From NCBI GenBank assembly GCA_951406725.2, contig OX597819.1:47988001-48052000 (forward strand): a DNA stretch of 64,000 bases, read 5' to 3'. This document shows, one piece after another, positions 53,206 to 64,000 of this stretch. Position numbers and translations under genes: made by a program. The notes below the pieces were generated by a model. The model searched no databases. It saw only the letters and a program-made list of their open reading frames with translations, and was not told the origin of the DNA. Each line of letters starts with the position of its first letter. Positions within the stretch are counted from its first letter, which is position 1. The DNA is from Octopus vulgaris (taxonomy: Eukaryota).

Positions 53206-54504
53206 GTAGGTCTTGAGCCTATAGTAGATTGGATTATTAAAGTGATGAACTGACAGAATTGTTTGCACGTTGGACTAAATCTTAGTGATTTTTCTCCTGA
53301 CTCTATACATTCTCAGTTCAAATCCTGGCAAGGTCAACTTTTCCCCCAATTGTCCTTACGGTGTTGATGAATTCCAATATTTTTAATCCGGGTTTGCCCC
53401 TGTTATGGGAGTGGCTGGATCTACCTCCCTCCTCAAACCAACCCTCCCAATCTCTTCCTTCACCTGTTCCTCTACGTTTTCTCTGGTCAACCTCGCTTTC
53501 ACAGTTCATTCTCTTTAAACGTGAGCACTCTCCTCAGAACACGATCCTCGTCCCTCCTCAATAAATTAAATGTACCGGTCAAGTACTGGGGTTGAAGTCA
53601 TTCGCTAACCCTCTCCAGCTAAAATTGCTGGTCTTGGTACAAAATTTGGAACAATTATTTAGAATTGATAGTGTGTCAGACAAAATACCTTGTGGTGTTT
53701 AGTTACAGCTCTCTTCATTCCAATGTGATTAGCTTTACCTTTCTTCTTTCTGGAGTCAATAAAATGAACTACTGGTCAAGTACCATATTGATATTATTGA
53801 CTGATCCCTCCAACCAATTTTTGGCCTTGTACCTACATAAGTTATTACTATCATCATCATCATCATCATCATCATTTGGTTCAGCAGAATCATCCAACTT
53901 TATCTTTCGTCCCTCTGAGGTTGATAAAATTAGGTGCCAGTCAAGTACTGGGATTGATGGCATCAACTAATTCCCTCTCCTCAAAATCGCTGGTTTTGAA
54001 CCAAAATTAGAAACTACTACCACCACCACCACTACTCCTCCTCCTCCTCCTCCTCCTCCTACTACTACTACTACTACTACTACTACTTGGGAAAGAATTA
54101 ACTTTTATCTAGTAGGTACTGATATTTCTTCATGCAAATTCCAGATATAGTTGCTTGGTTAAGAAGTTACTTTACAACTCCATATTTTCAGGTTTGTTCT
54201 TCTTTGTGGTAGCTTGATCAGTGTTTTTACCTGAGCCTCAGGTTAACTTGCCAAAGCTCTGTGAGTAAAAATCAGGTGACAAAATCTGAGTGGAAAACTT
54301 TCAGATAGACTTATAGACTTTTATCATTGCTCCTGATCTATGGTGCCTCTTGTAGAGACCATTCTTATGGCAAACTTTCAATTATAACCTCCTCCATCTT
54401 CTCTCTCTCTCTCTCTATATATATATATAGTAACCCCCCCCCCCAATGTAAAGGCGTGGTACATGTAAAGTATTAGTAGATGCTCAGGGAACGAAAGAAA
54501 GGTG

Positions 54505-54539
54505 GTTTTACGTTTTGAGCAAAGCTCTTCTTCAGAAAC
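54505..54539 (-). ncRNA. Minimal hammerhead motif, probably inactivated, in a Penelope-type fragment (about 54470-54585)
   Basis: The minus strand reads GTTT-CTGAAGA-A-GAGC[TTT]GCTC-AAAA-CGTA-AAAC. The CUGANGA core is canonical but GAAA has become AAAA. Confidence 0.6.
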
Positions 54540-57500
54540 AGGAGACAGGAAAGTCCAATAGAAAAGGAAGATGGAGGAAAAAAAATATATATAAAGAGAC
54601 TCTGTAAAAGGTCATGAGTGCTAATACCATGTCTCTTCTGCCTAAGCCATAAAAACATTTCAAAGAAGTTATTCCAAAGCGTCATTCCTTGACAGAGTTA
54701 TGACCTCAGAACTTATTAATTAAATTATCATCATTATATTTAAATAGCATTATTAGTTTAAAGGAAGATAAAAACTTATTTAACCCTGTCTGAGACCTTC
54801 TCTGGTGCTATGATACAAGCTTCCTGTTTTAAAGTGATCTAAATTAAACCGTCCATCAAAATTTCATGTTAATTTATGTTCCAGACATTAGCTTAACGAC
54901 GACAGTTGTTTTATTAGGTTCTTCATTATTACAAAATTAATTGAAACAAAGGCAGCATATTTCATCAGAAATGTGATAACAAAAGAGTTAATGTTCAGAA
55001 TATGTAATATCAAGGAGTAGGAAGTAGAAGTACTGTTTGTATAATTATGGTGCTGGACAACTGACCTACATGTTTTCAATTCACTCTTATTGTATAGGTA
55101 TTAGATCATGACTTTAGTTAAGGCGTGTTATTTGATTTTCTTTAGCCCACTTAGTTGAAGAATTACTAATACAGCTATTCCATAATTGAGTAGTTACATT
55201 TGCTCGAGTATTCATGCAAATAACATTTTTCAGAATCATTTACAGATTCATCCAGCCAAAAGTAGTGAGGGAACATGTATTAAATAACTAATAAATAAAC
55301 ACAATACCATTTAGGAAATGATTCTGTATATGTTGCAAATATTTTTCATCTTCTAACATACTGTAGAGCTCGTTAAAGCAAAGAAAAATGTTTTCTTTCA
55401 TTATAGCCATTGTTGTTTCTATGTCCGCTTTCTTTGCGCAACCGACTCCTTTCCTTCACATTGTTCTATCTTTTGAATGACTGATGCCTTCCTTATCTTG
55501 TATGCAGTACTGTCAAATGATGTGCTAGTCATGTACACACAGCTGGAATGGTTATATGTATTGATTTTTATCATTTCAACAACATTCATCTTTCTGTATT
55601 CATTTTGCTATACTGAGCATATTTGATTGAAACAGGAATTTTAATAGCTAGATGTGCTTTGTAGCACCATCCGTGTTATGTGACTAGGTATGTTTGTCAT
55701 GCTATTAGCATTTAGAGTCTATCCTTCGAAGCTCAGTAGTCTTCTCTGAGTGTGTCTGCATATGGGGGTAGTGGAATAAGAAATGACTTTCAGAATATAG
55801 CTCTTATTTTTATTATAGAGCTATTTTTCATACTGAACGAGGGAAAAAAAATCAATACTCCAACAAATGCTTAGAAGGTAAAAGGTATGACAAATATGTT
55901 GATGCTATGCCTAAGATAGCAACTAACTAAATGTCAACTGAAGATCAGTGGCCTTTTGAATTGAAGAAGTTTTAAATTGAAGTTGCTATTGAGAATGAAC
56001 CTGCTTTATTATACAATATTCACTGGTTATAGAAAAAAGAGGTAATTTAAAATAGGTTATAGGAATATGTTGAATAGGGATGTAGTTGCATTTGAAATGA
56101 ATGTGAAAAGCAAAATTACTTTGCAGCTTCTCATCTATATAAGGTTATGTAAGTAGACAATGAAAAGAAAATTCAATAAAATATTGTTTAAAAGAACAGA
56201 ACAAACTATTAAAGCGATTAGTTTTTTAAAAAATAGTTCATATACTAACTATTAATAATTATTTAGACTACCTGACAGCCATTCTGCTTGTTTGTTTCTT
56301 TAATGGTCAATGACCAAGTGTTTTTAATATGCCAGTGTAGTTAGCACCTCTCATAGAAATTCCTAGAAAATACAAAAATAGTTCATTTGTTGTTTCTCTC
56401 CAGAGATTGTTAGCAGTTTTATTCCAGTGATTGTGCTGTGCGATTCTGAAGAAAAGAAAATCAAAGAAATAGAGTGGGGTGGGTGGGGGATGTAGTTCCT
56501 CAGTTACTAATTGATATCAAGTCAACTTGTAAGTTTTGTAGTATTGCTTTCTTTTCTTTTCCTTTTTTTCCCTTTGCTTTTCGTTTATTTCTTGTTCTTC
56601 CAAAATAAATTTCCAGTTTCCTAAATGAGTATCTAGTACAGTTTTATTGGTCATAGTTTGTATTGATGTGAAATTTCTGTTACTAACACCTTGTTTATTG
56701 AACCAATTGAGATGTTCGCTCAAGGCTTTTTTTTCTTTTAAAGAACAGCCATTTAATTCACTGTAACTAATTTTAACATCAAACTTCTCTTTGAAAAGCT
56801 AGAAGTAATATTAGAATACTCTATTCAAACAACTACAATACTATTAATAAGTGTAACTAAATATGTTGACATAACCAAAAGGAAAAAGAAGGAAAATCTG
56901 CAGTTAAAACTTGGAATTTATTTAATTTTAAAATATTTGTTCTATCACATCTCATTTTAAGAGTAGTTTTAGTTCTGAGAATTTAGCATTCAATAAATCA
57001 AATTCATTTGAATGTAAATTTTCTAGTAGTTAACAGTGATAAATTAAAATCAATAATCTCGAATGCACACACACACACACCTCACTACCTCTCACTTTCA
57101 CTCCCACTCTTAAAATAGCTCTGTACTCTACTGTTCTCTTTCAACTTAATATTCTAGATGTTTGAGGAGATCTAATGAAAGTATTACATTTAAAGGCTTT
57201 GAGAGAGAGAGAGAGAGTAAATGCAAATTACATATCTTATTTGCATGTAACATTATTTATTTATTTATTATTATTATTATTAGTAGTAGTAGTAGTAGTA
57301 GTGCTGCTGCTGCGGATTGACAGAATCACTAGTACGTTGGACAGAATGCTTTGCAACATTTCTTCTGATTCTTTAAGTTATGTGTTCACTTCCTGCCTAG
57401 GTCAGTTTTGCTTTTCATCCTGCCTGTGGTGATAAAATAAAGCCCGAGTCAAGTGCTGGGGTCAGTAGCATTTAGTTAATCACCTCACCTCAAAAATTGC

Positions 57501-57985
57501 TGGCTAAACTTGTGCCTAAGACAGTAATCATTATTGCGATTATTATTTTTAGAGGAATGACTTGGCAGAATCATTAAAGTGTTAGAAAAAAATGCAAGAT
57601 ATTTACATTCTAAGTTCAAATCCCACCAAGGTCAACTTTGCCTTTTATCCCTCCAGGGTTAATAAAATGAAATAGTAGAGAAATACCCAAGTCAATGTAA
57701 TCAAGTAACCCCCAACCTTAAAAATTTCTAGCCTTGTTCCTAAATTAAAACTAATTATTGTTTTTAAGGATGCATATCATTAGAATGTTTGTATAATATC
57801 TTGCTGTACTTTTTCCAATTCTTTACATTCTGAGTTCAAATCCTGTTCAGATCAACATTATCATTTATTCCTCTGGCTTTGGCAAAAATAAATTACCAGT
57901 CAAATTCTGGTGTCAGTAGTAACAACCCTCTCTCAAAATAGTTGGCCTTGTGCCTAAATCAAAAACCGTTATTATTATTATTATT

Positions 57986-58539
57986 GAGTGAGAGAGCAGT
58001 GCATGCCATCAAAGTGACACTGGGGTAAAATATACGAAGCGCAGTATACCCATCATGACTACCCGTCTGATAAGGGTACACTAGGCACATGCATCACAAC
58101 CATATGTGCGCGACATGGTGATCTCATATCAAAATAAACAGCACATGACCTTGCAGGTGGGGCCCAGTTAGAATTTTCTTCAGGTCGAGTAACCCATCCC
58201 ACTCGAAAGGTCCCTGAATAAGGGTTGTTTAAGGATGTTGAACAAAACACCCATGTTTCCAGAGGTGAATTATTCAAACCCCAAAGAATCCCTCTCAACA
58301 CATGGCTATGATGCTCCCCCACTACTTCTGCTCGTGATCAGAGATGCACATATCGTCAGCCACTAAGGGACATGCTCAACTGGTTAAAGTCAAACAACTG
58401 ACAAGCAAATCTGTGGTATTGAGCAGAATATTTGCTGTAGCCCATCTTTTATACCAAGACAAAACAATGTACATGATAACACTTCCAATCAGTTAAGATC
58501 AGAAGCCATGAGAGCCACTGCCTGGTACTGCATCAGGGA

Positions 58540-58540
<1 letters not shown>
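57986..58540. mobile_element. About 555-bp unclassified insertion within an (ATT)n microsatellite
   Basis: GC-richer, CpG-retaining block with sharp ends, bounded on both sides by (ATT)n. No credible ORF and no obvious TIR. Confidence 0.6.
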
Positions 58541-58611
<71 letters not shown>

Positions 58612-60099
58612 TAAGGTGGCGAGCATTTTGTCCATCTTTACATTCTGAGTTCAAATTCTGCTGAGGTCAACTTTGCCTTTCATTATTTCAGGGTTTCTAA
58701 AATAAGTACCATTGATTCATTCCCTTTCCTGAATTTGCTGACCTTGTGCCAAAATTATTATTGTTATTATTATTATATTATTATTATTATTATTATTATT
58801 ATTGAAGATGTTTGCCCTTCTATTCTGAAATCTCATTCCTAATAGAGTTCTTTGTTAAAGATATGTTAAATATAGTTGATAAAAAGCATCATATATCTCA
58901 CTAATTTGATTTAGAATAAATTCAGAAGAAGAAAAAAAAAACTTTAAAAAAAATTATTTTTAGCTGTTGCTGCCAAAATTGTGAAAATAAGATCATTTTT
59001 CTTAATTTCATTTTAGTTGTTTAAGAATCCTGTAGCTCTTGACTTCTTTACAAGCACTGAACTAGATATTGGATATCTGTGTAGGCTATCACATAATACT
59101 TGATTCACATGCAGTATCAGGAATCTTTTTTTCTTCTTACTTTCTTCTTATTTCTGTTTTGCATAAATTGTGTCTTGATCTACCCACCAATTGTTTGCGT
59201 TGCTCTAATTCCTGGGGTATTTTTATTACTTCCAGCTGTAGAACTAGTTTGACCTTTTTTTTTTCCCCCTCTAAAAAAGAAAAAAAGAAAACCTTTCCTG
59301 ATAACCCAATATTCAAAGTTAGTATTTTGATAGCCTCGTTTGGAATTAAAGACATTCAAGAAATGTCTGGTATATTAGGGAGCCAGTCAATATTGTTTAA
59401 CTCTTTTATGAATTTCAGTGATTGGGCTGTTGCCCTCCTGGGACACTGTCACAAAGAGTTTAGTCAATCAAGCTTGACCTCATATCAGTCTAGTACTTAT
59501 GTTATCCATCTCTGTTTATTGAACTGCTCAGTTATAGTAATTTTATTTTTTCTGCATAAAGGAATGCAATTCAATACACTAGAAATACTAAGGTATGTGC
59601 TCAAACATATATATGCATTGGGCTTCCACACAACTACCTCTCTACCAAATTCTAGACACATGGCTAAAGTAGAAGGCACTTGCCCAAGGTGCTGTGTCAT
59701 AGGATCAAACCTAGAACATGCAGTTGAGAAATATATTCCTGAAGCCGCAAATATTCTTATGACTTCATGGCTCAAATTGTTTAGTTTCTTCAACAATGAT
59801 GATGGTGACATCATCATTGTTTATATGTGCACTTTTCCCATACTGGGCACGACTACTTGAGGGAATCTTCTATAGTAGACACCCTTCTTGATGCCAGCTC
59901 ATGTTTCCAGTTTGCACTGGTCTTTGCATGTCCTGCAGATTCAATATGTCCTGAGCCTGCAGGACATATTGAGCCGGTTGACTCAAATCTCTATTTTGCT
60001 GCTCTTATTGTATGTGGGTTGTGAATGTCATTGTGGCCTAAGCAGTATCAATGTAAACACATGCAGAAACAAGTGTGCATGCATGTACACACACATGCA

Positions 60100-60138
<39 letters not shown>

Positions 60139-60801
60139 GCCCTCTATACAGTCCACCATCTTTCTCTCACAAGGCATTGGTCAATCTGAGGTTATTGTAG
60201 AAGATGCTTGCCCAAGCTTGAATCTGTGAAGTCGCAAAACAGTCAACTCTAATGATAAAAAGCATTCCAACCATGACCATCTCATTTTAATTTCAGGCAT
60301 AGATATTTATAATCATATTGTCCAATATGTTTTTTTTTTTTTTTGAGATGGTAGAATGTGATTAGGAGGAGACTTGGTTGTTATTTCTTACACGTTAAGC
60401 AATCATGTAGAGGTTCTCTTGTTGGCTTGATTAATTAAAGATCAAAATAAGTCAAGGTAGTAGTGACCAAATGACCATTAGTTCACTCTTTTCTCTAACA
60501 ACTGTGCTCTAGCTCAAAGTAAATAAAACATTACTTCTTTAATTTCACATAAACATAGATAAGCTACTCACATTCCACAGTTGAGTGAGTAGTAATATGT
60601 AAAATATTAAAAACTAGTAAAATAAAATAAGTTCAAGTGTTATGTTGATTTAATTTTATATAGCTGTATGATGCACAAATACATGTATACCTGCTTGGCT
60701 TTATTTTATTTTATTTCATCTAGCTTGAAATAAGTTCAAATATTGCAGTACATTGATGTCTGATGATTGAGAAATAGTTTGCTCTGTCTGTGTATCTGTG
60801 T

Positions 60802-60872
<71 letters not shown>

Positions 60873-62494
60873 CCCACTCTCTCTCAGCATCCTCCAGACA
60901 ATTGATCTCTTATATACTTTATACTGGTCCAGTGCATCAGTGGTTCTCAAGCTGACTATTACCAGTCTGTCACACACACATACACACACACCATCATTAA
61001 TGAGAAGACAAAAGATATTTGACATCTATATTATGCTTTCTTCATCAATTTTATCAAACATGGCAATTTGATTTGTCTCCTCAACAACCTAACCCCTGCC
61101 CCCTCTTCAAACCTTCTGATAAACACTGCTGTACATAATGACGTTTTTGAGAATGTGATAAATTCCAAACTTAGAATTTTCAATTTCTTTTCTAAGCCAT
61201 GATTGAATATGTAATACATTGTTAAAGCATAGAAACTAAAGAAATGCATTAAACTTTTTTTAAAAGAAGAATTGTTTTCTTTTTCATTGTCTATTTGAAT
61301 CGTTTTAGTTTACTGAGAATACTATCTTTGACTGAGAACCTGTTTAAAGATGAGATTCAATAAATGTAAATTCAATAGTTGACAAATTCTGAAGACAATT
61401 GTTTCAGTCTTCATTAAGTTGTTAGAAGTCTTTGTTGGCTCTGTTATATTCTTAACGTCAAATTGCTTGGTTAATTTGATTGATAATAGCACACAATTAA
61501 CAGCTAACACTATTATTCTTCTTGTACAAGCACTAACATTCAATCTGGTTCAAAGTGTACTCTATTTTGATTGATCAATATGAAGAGAATTTAGTCTGTA
61601 ATTAGTTAATTGCTGGCACACTTTTTATATACATTTATTTTGAAATAATAATTAAAAATATTGTAAGTTTGCACGTTCATTCATCACATGATGGCATGGT
61701 GAAATAGAAATGGGATGGTGATTGATTTAATGGGCAGAAGGAAGCAATTCAAAAGTATATTTGACAGCCTTAGAAATAGTTTTTTTTTTTGTATGTCTGT
61801 TTAATTTATAAATATACCTACTTAGAGAAGTAAAAATCTGGCATGCATGTATTTGTACATCTGTAAATCATTAATGTTTATTTTTAAAATAGAAATATTT
61901 TTACACATGAAGTGTTACTTGTATCCAATTTTATACTAGTCATTGAAATGCATGTGAATTAGGTTTCTTCTTCTTCGTCTTCAGAAGGGCCATCTTTATC
62001 ATCATCATCACCATCATAAGTGACTGCATGTATGTAGAGTAAAAAGTAGCCTGTTCTAGATTTATTAACAGAGGTCTTGTTTCTGTGCTCTACTTATTGA
62101 GCTTTATCTAAAAATTCTTTCTTGAATTCTCTTATCAAGTTACAAAATTCATTATTTGTCGCATTTGTCATTTGATCATCTCTTTTAACTGTGTATTGTC
62201 AACTAATTTGCTTGGGTTTATTATTCCACATCTCTGAAATAAGCATGTATTTGACAATAGTTGATGTTGACAAGTGAAAGTGAGGTGGGGGGAAAAAGAA
62301 TGAAAGCTCAGGTAATTAGGAAAGTAGATAAAAAAAATGGAATGTCTTTTTATAAATTTTTGATGGAGTAATTATCTCTTGTTTTGCCTAGTGTTCATTT
62401 CAACAGCTCTTACAGAGAACTAAGGTATTTTAGAAGTACATGTTTTTGATCAAGATTCAAAGCTTCATTTCTGGTGAGTTGTTATTGTTTAGAA

Positions 62495-62715
62495 TCAGGT
62501 CTGTCTGGGTCTAACAGACCAAAGATCAAAAGCCTTTCAGCCATGACCATCCCATCATTTTTCAAGTGTTGTGTACCAATTATTCAATGTTTTCTTCTTT
62601 AAAAAAAAAAAAAAAAGAAGAAGAAAAAAAAAATGAAGGTAGGATGAGGTTTTGAGGAAGATTTGGCTGCAATTTAACTGGCCAAGCAATCATGTAGACA
62701 CTCCCGCATTGGCTC
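62495..62715 (+). repeat. Unclassified dispersed repeat (GATCAAAAGC..TTC(C)AGCCATGACCATCCC...GATTTGGCTGC)
   Basis: Similar segments lie at about 28935, 29555, 35320, 37440 (-), 38220 (-), 40330-40520, 44765 and 60250. Confidence 0.65.
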
Positions 62716-64000
62716 AATCTCAGCTAATTTGAATGTCTAGATGTTGTTTATAAGATTGAATCGTATTTTGCCAATTGTAGTTAACCACCTAACCTTTAAA
62801 CATGCTGTTAGAGTTCAACAACCATTTATTTCTCAAAACATGTTGTTATGAGTAATTTTTTTCTTTTTATTTCTTCATTATATAATTTTCAATTAATATA
62901 ATTGATTGTGCCAAAAAGTTAAAAAAGAAAACAAAAAAAGATAACTTTACGAAAACAACATGATATTTTTAGCCTTCTGCTAAATATTATTGTTATCGAA
63001 TTTTTTATATCCCAGATTTCATCAGTCATGTTTATTTGTTTCATTTTGTTGAAGCCTGGTGAAATGAAACCATTAATAGAAGATGGTGATGTGTGCATTT
63101 TCATTTTTTAAAGAAACAGAAACCTTTTGAGTATGAAGCACTAGAACATCCTTGATCCTTTGTAACCAATTTATGCTTTCAATTCTATAAAGATGTTAGA
63201 GCTTCCCTCTCATTTTACTTTTATAGAAGAACAGGACAGCTAAGGAAATTTAATTTAACACATGTGAGACAGAAACTAGGGATCTGGTTCAAATACTTGC
63301 AATAAAGTTAGTTCCAATAAATCCATCAAAGCACAAGGTGGTCAGTCTCTAAAAGCAATGCAGCTGTAGAGGCAAGTATATGGTAAATCAAGTTAAAATT
63401 GTGAACTTGATTTACTTTCATCTTCTATTAACTGGTCAATAAAAAAAAAGAGAGAAAGAGAGAATCTTAGCTTGAGTTTCATATCATTCTGGAAGGGCCT
63501 TGATAAATTTTTAATAAGGGAGGATTGATTAATAGAAAATGGAATCAAGAGAAAAGAATTTTAACAGTTCAGGCTGTAAACATTCCTTTTTAAGATTATA
63601 TGTATATAGAATGTTTTCTGTTTGTGTGTGTGAGTGCATGCACATTAGTTGATATCAATGATCAAAATCAAACCAGGGAATCTGATCTTTGTTCAGAATA
63701 TCTGACATTTCTCCTGAAGTAAGGTCGTCTGTCTAGATAACTCCTCCACCCAATCATATCAAAATCATATTGCTACTTTAACTAAAACTTCTGGAGCCTC
63801 TCCCTGAAAACATTAAAAAAAAAAAATTAAAAAAAAAAAAAAAAAAAGCTGCAGGGGCAAGTTTTTGATAAAACAAGTCTGCAACCTGAACTTGATTTCC
63901 TGTTCGAGTCAACCATTTCACTACTTGACTGTTGCTTTTCAAACATGTATGACTGCCACAATATCCTACTCCATTATCTTAAATCTGAATCTTCTTGTTT

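Noticed and set aside
59069-59860. Longest ORF in the track (263 aa)
   Set aside because: It has a non-ATG start, no recognisable domain and low-complexity composition, and it runs through SINE fragments. It is most likely a chance ORF.

Overview
This is AT-rich, microsatellite- and transposon-dense animal genomic DNA. The SINE and LINE tails resemble those I recall from octopus, so the taxon is inferred, not proven. The only host protein-coding sequence I can support is the first coding exon of an Enhancer of polycomb (EPC1/EPC2) gene at 26428-26580 (+). It sits in a locally CpG-richer promoter with tandem uORF candidates and YY1/E-box motifs, and its first intron apparently runs more than 37 kb to the window end. 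The rest is mostly repeats: RTE, CR1/L2-like and R4/Dong-like LINE fragments, a Penelope-like GIY-YIG element with an inverted pseudo-LTR, decayed Tc1/mariner transposons, hAT, mariner and piggyBac-type MITEs, and two tRNA-derived SINE families. Three observations stand out. First, a single SINE locus (42495-43250) carries an antisense 5'ETS-18S rRNA junction fragment and a full-length 5S rRNA fused to a SINE 3' tail, a candidate 5S-headed SINE3-type chimera. Second, there are six minimal type-I hammerhead-like motifs in Penelope-type repeats, two groups of which have recurrent non-canonical cores (CUGUCGA and CUGAUGC). Third, the EPC intron contains several inverted-repeat structures. Most six-frame ORFs are microsatellite or repeat artefacts.
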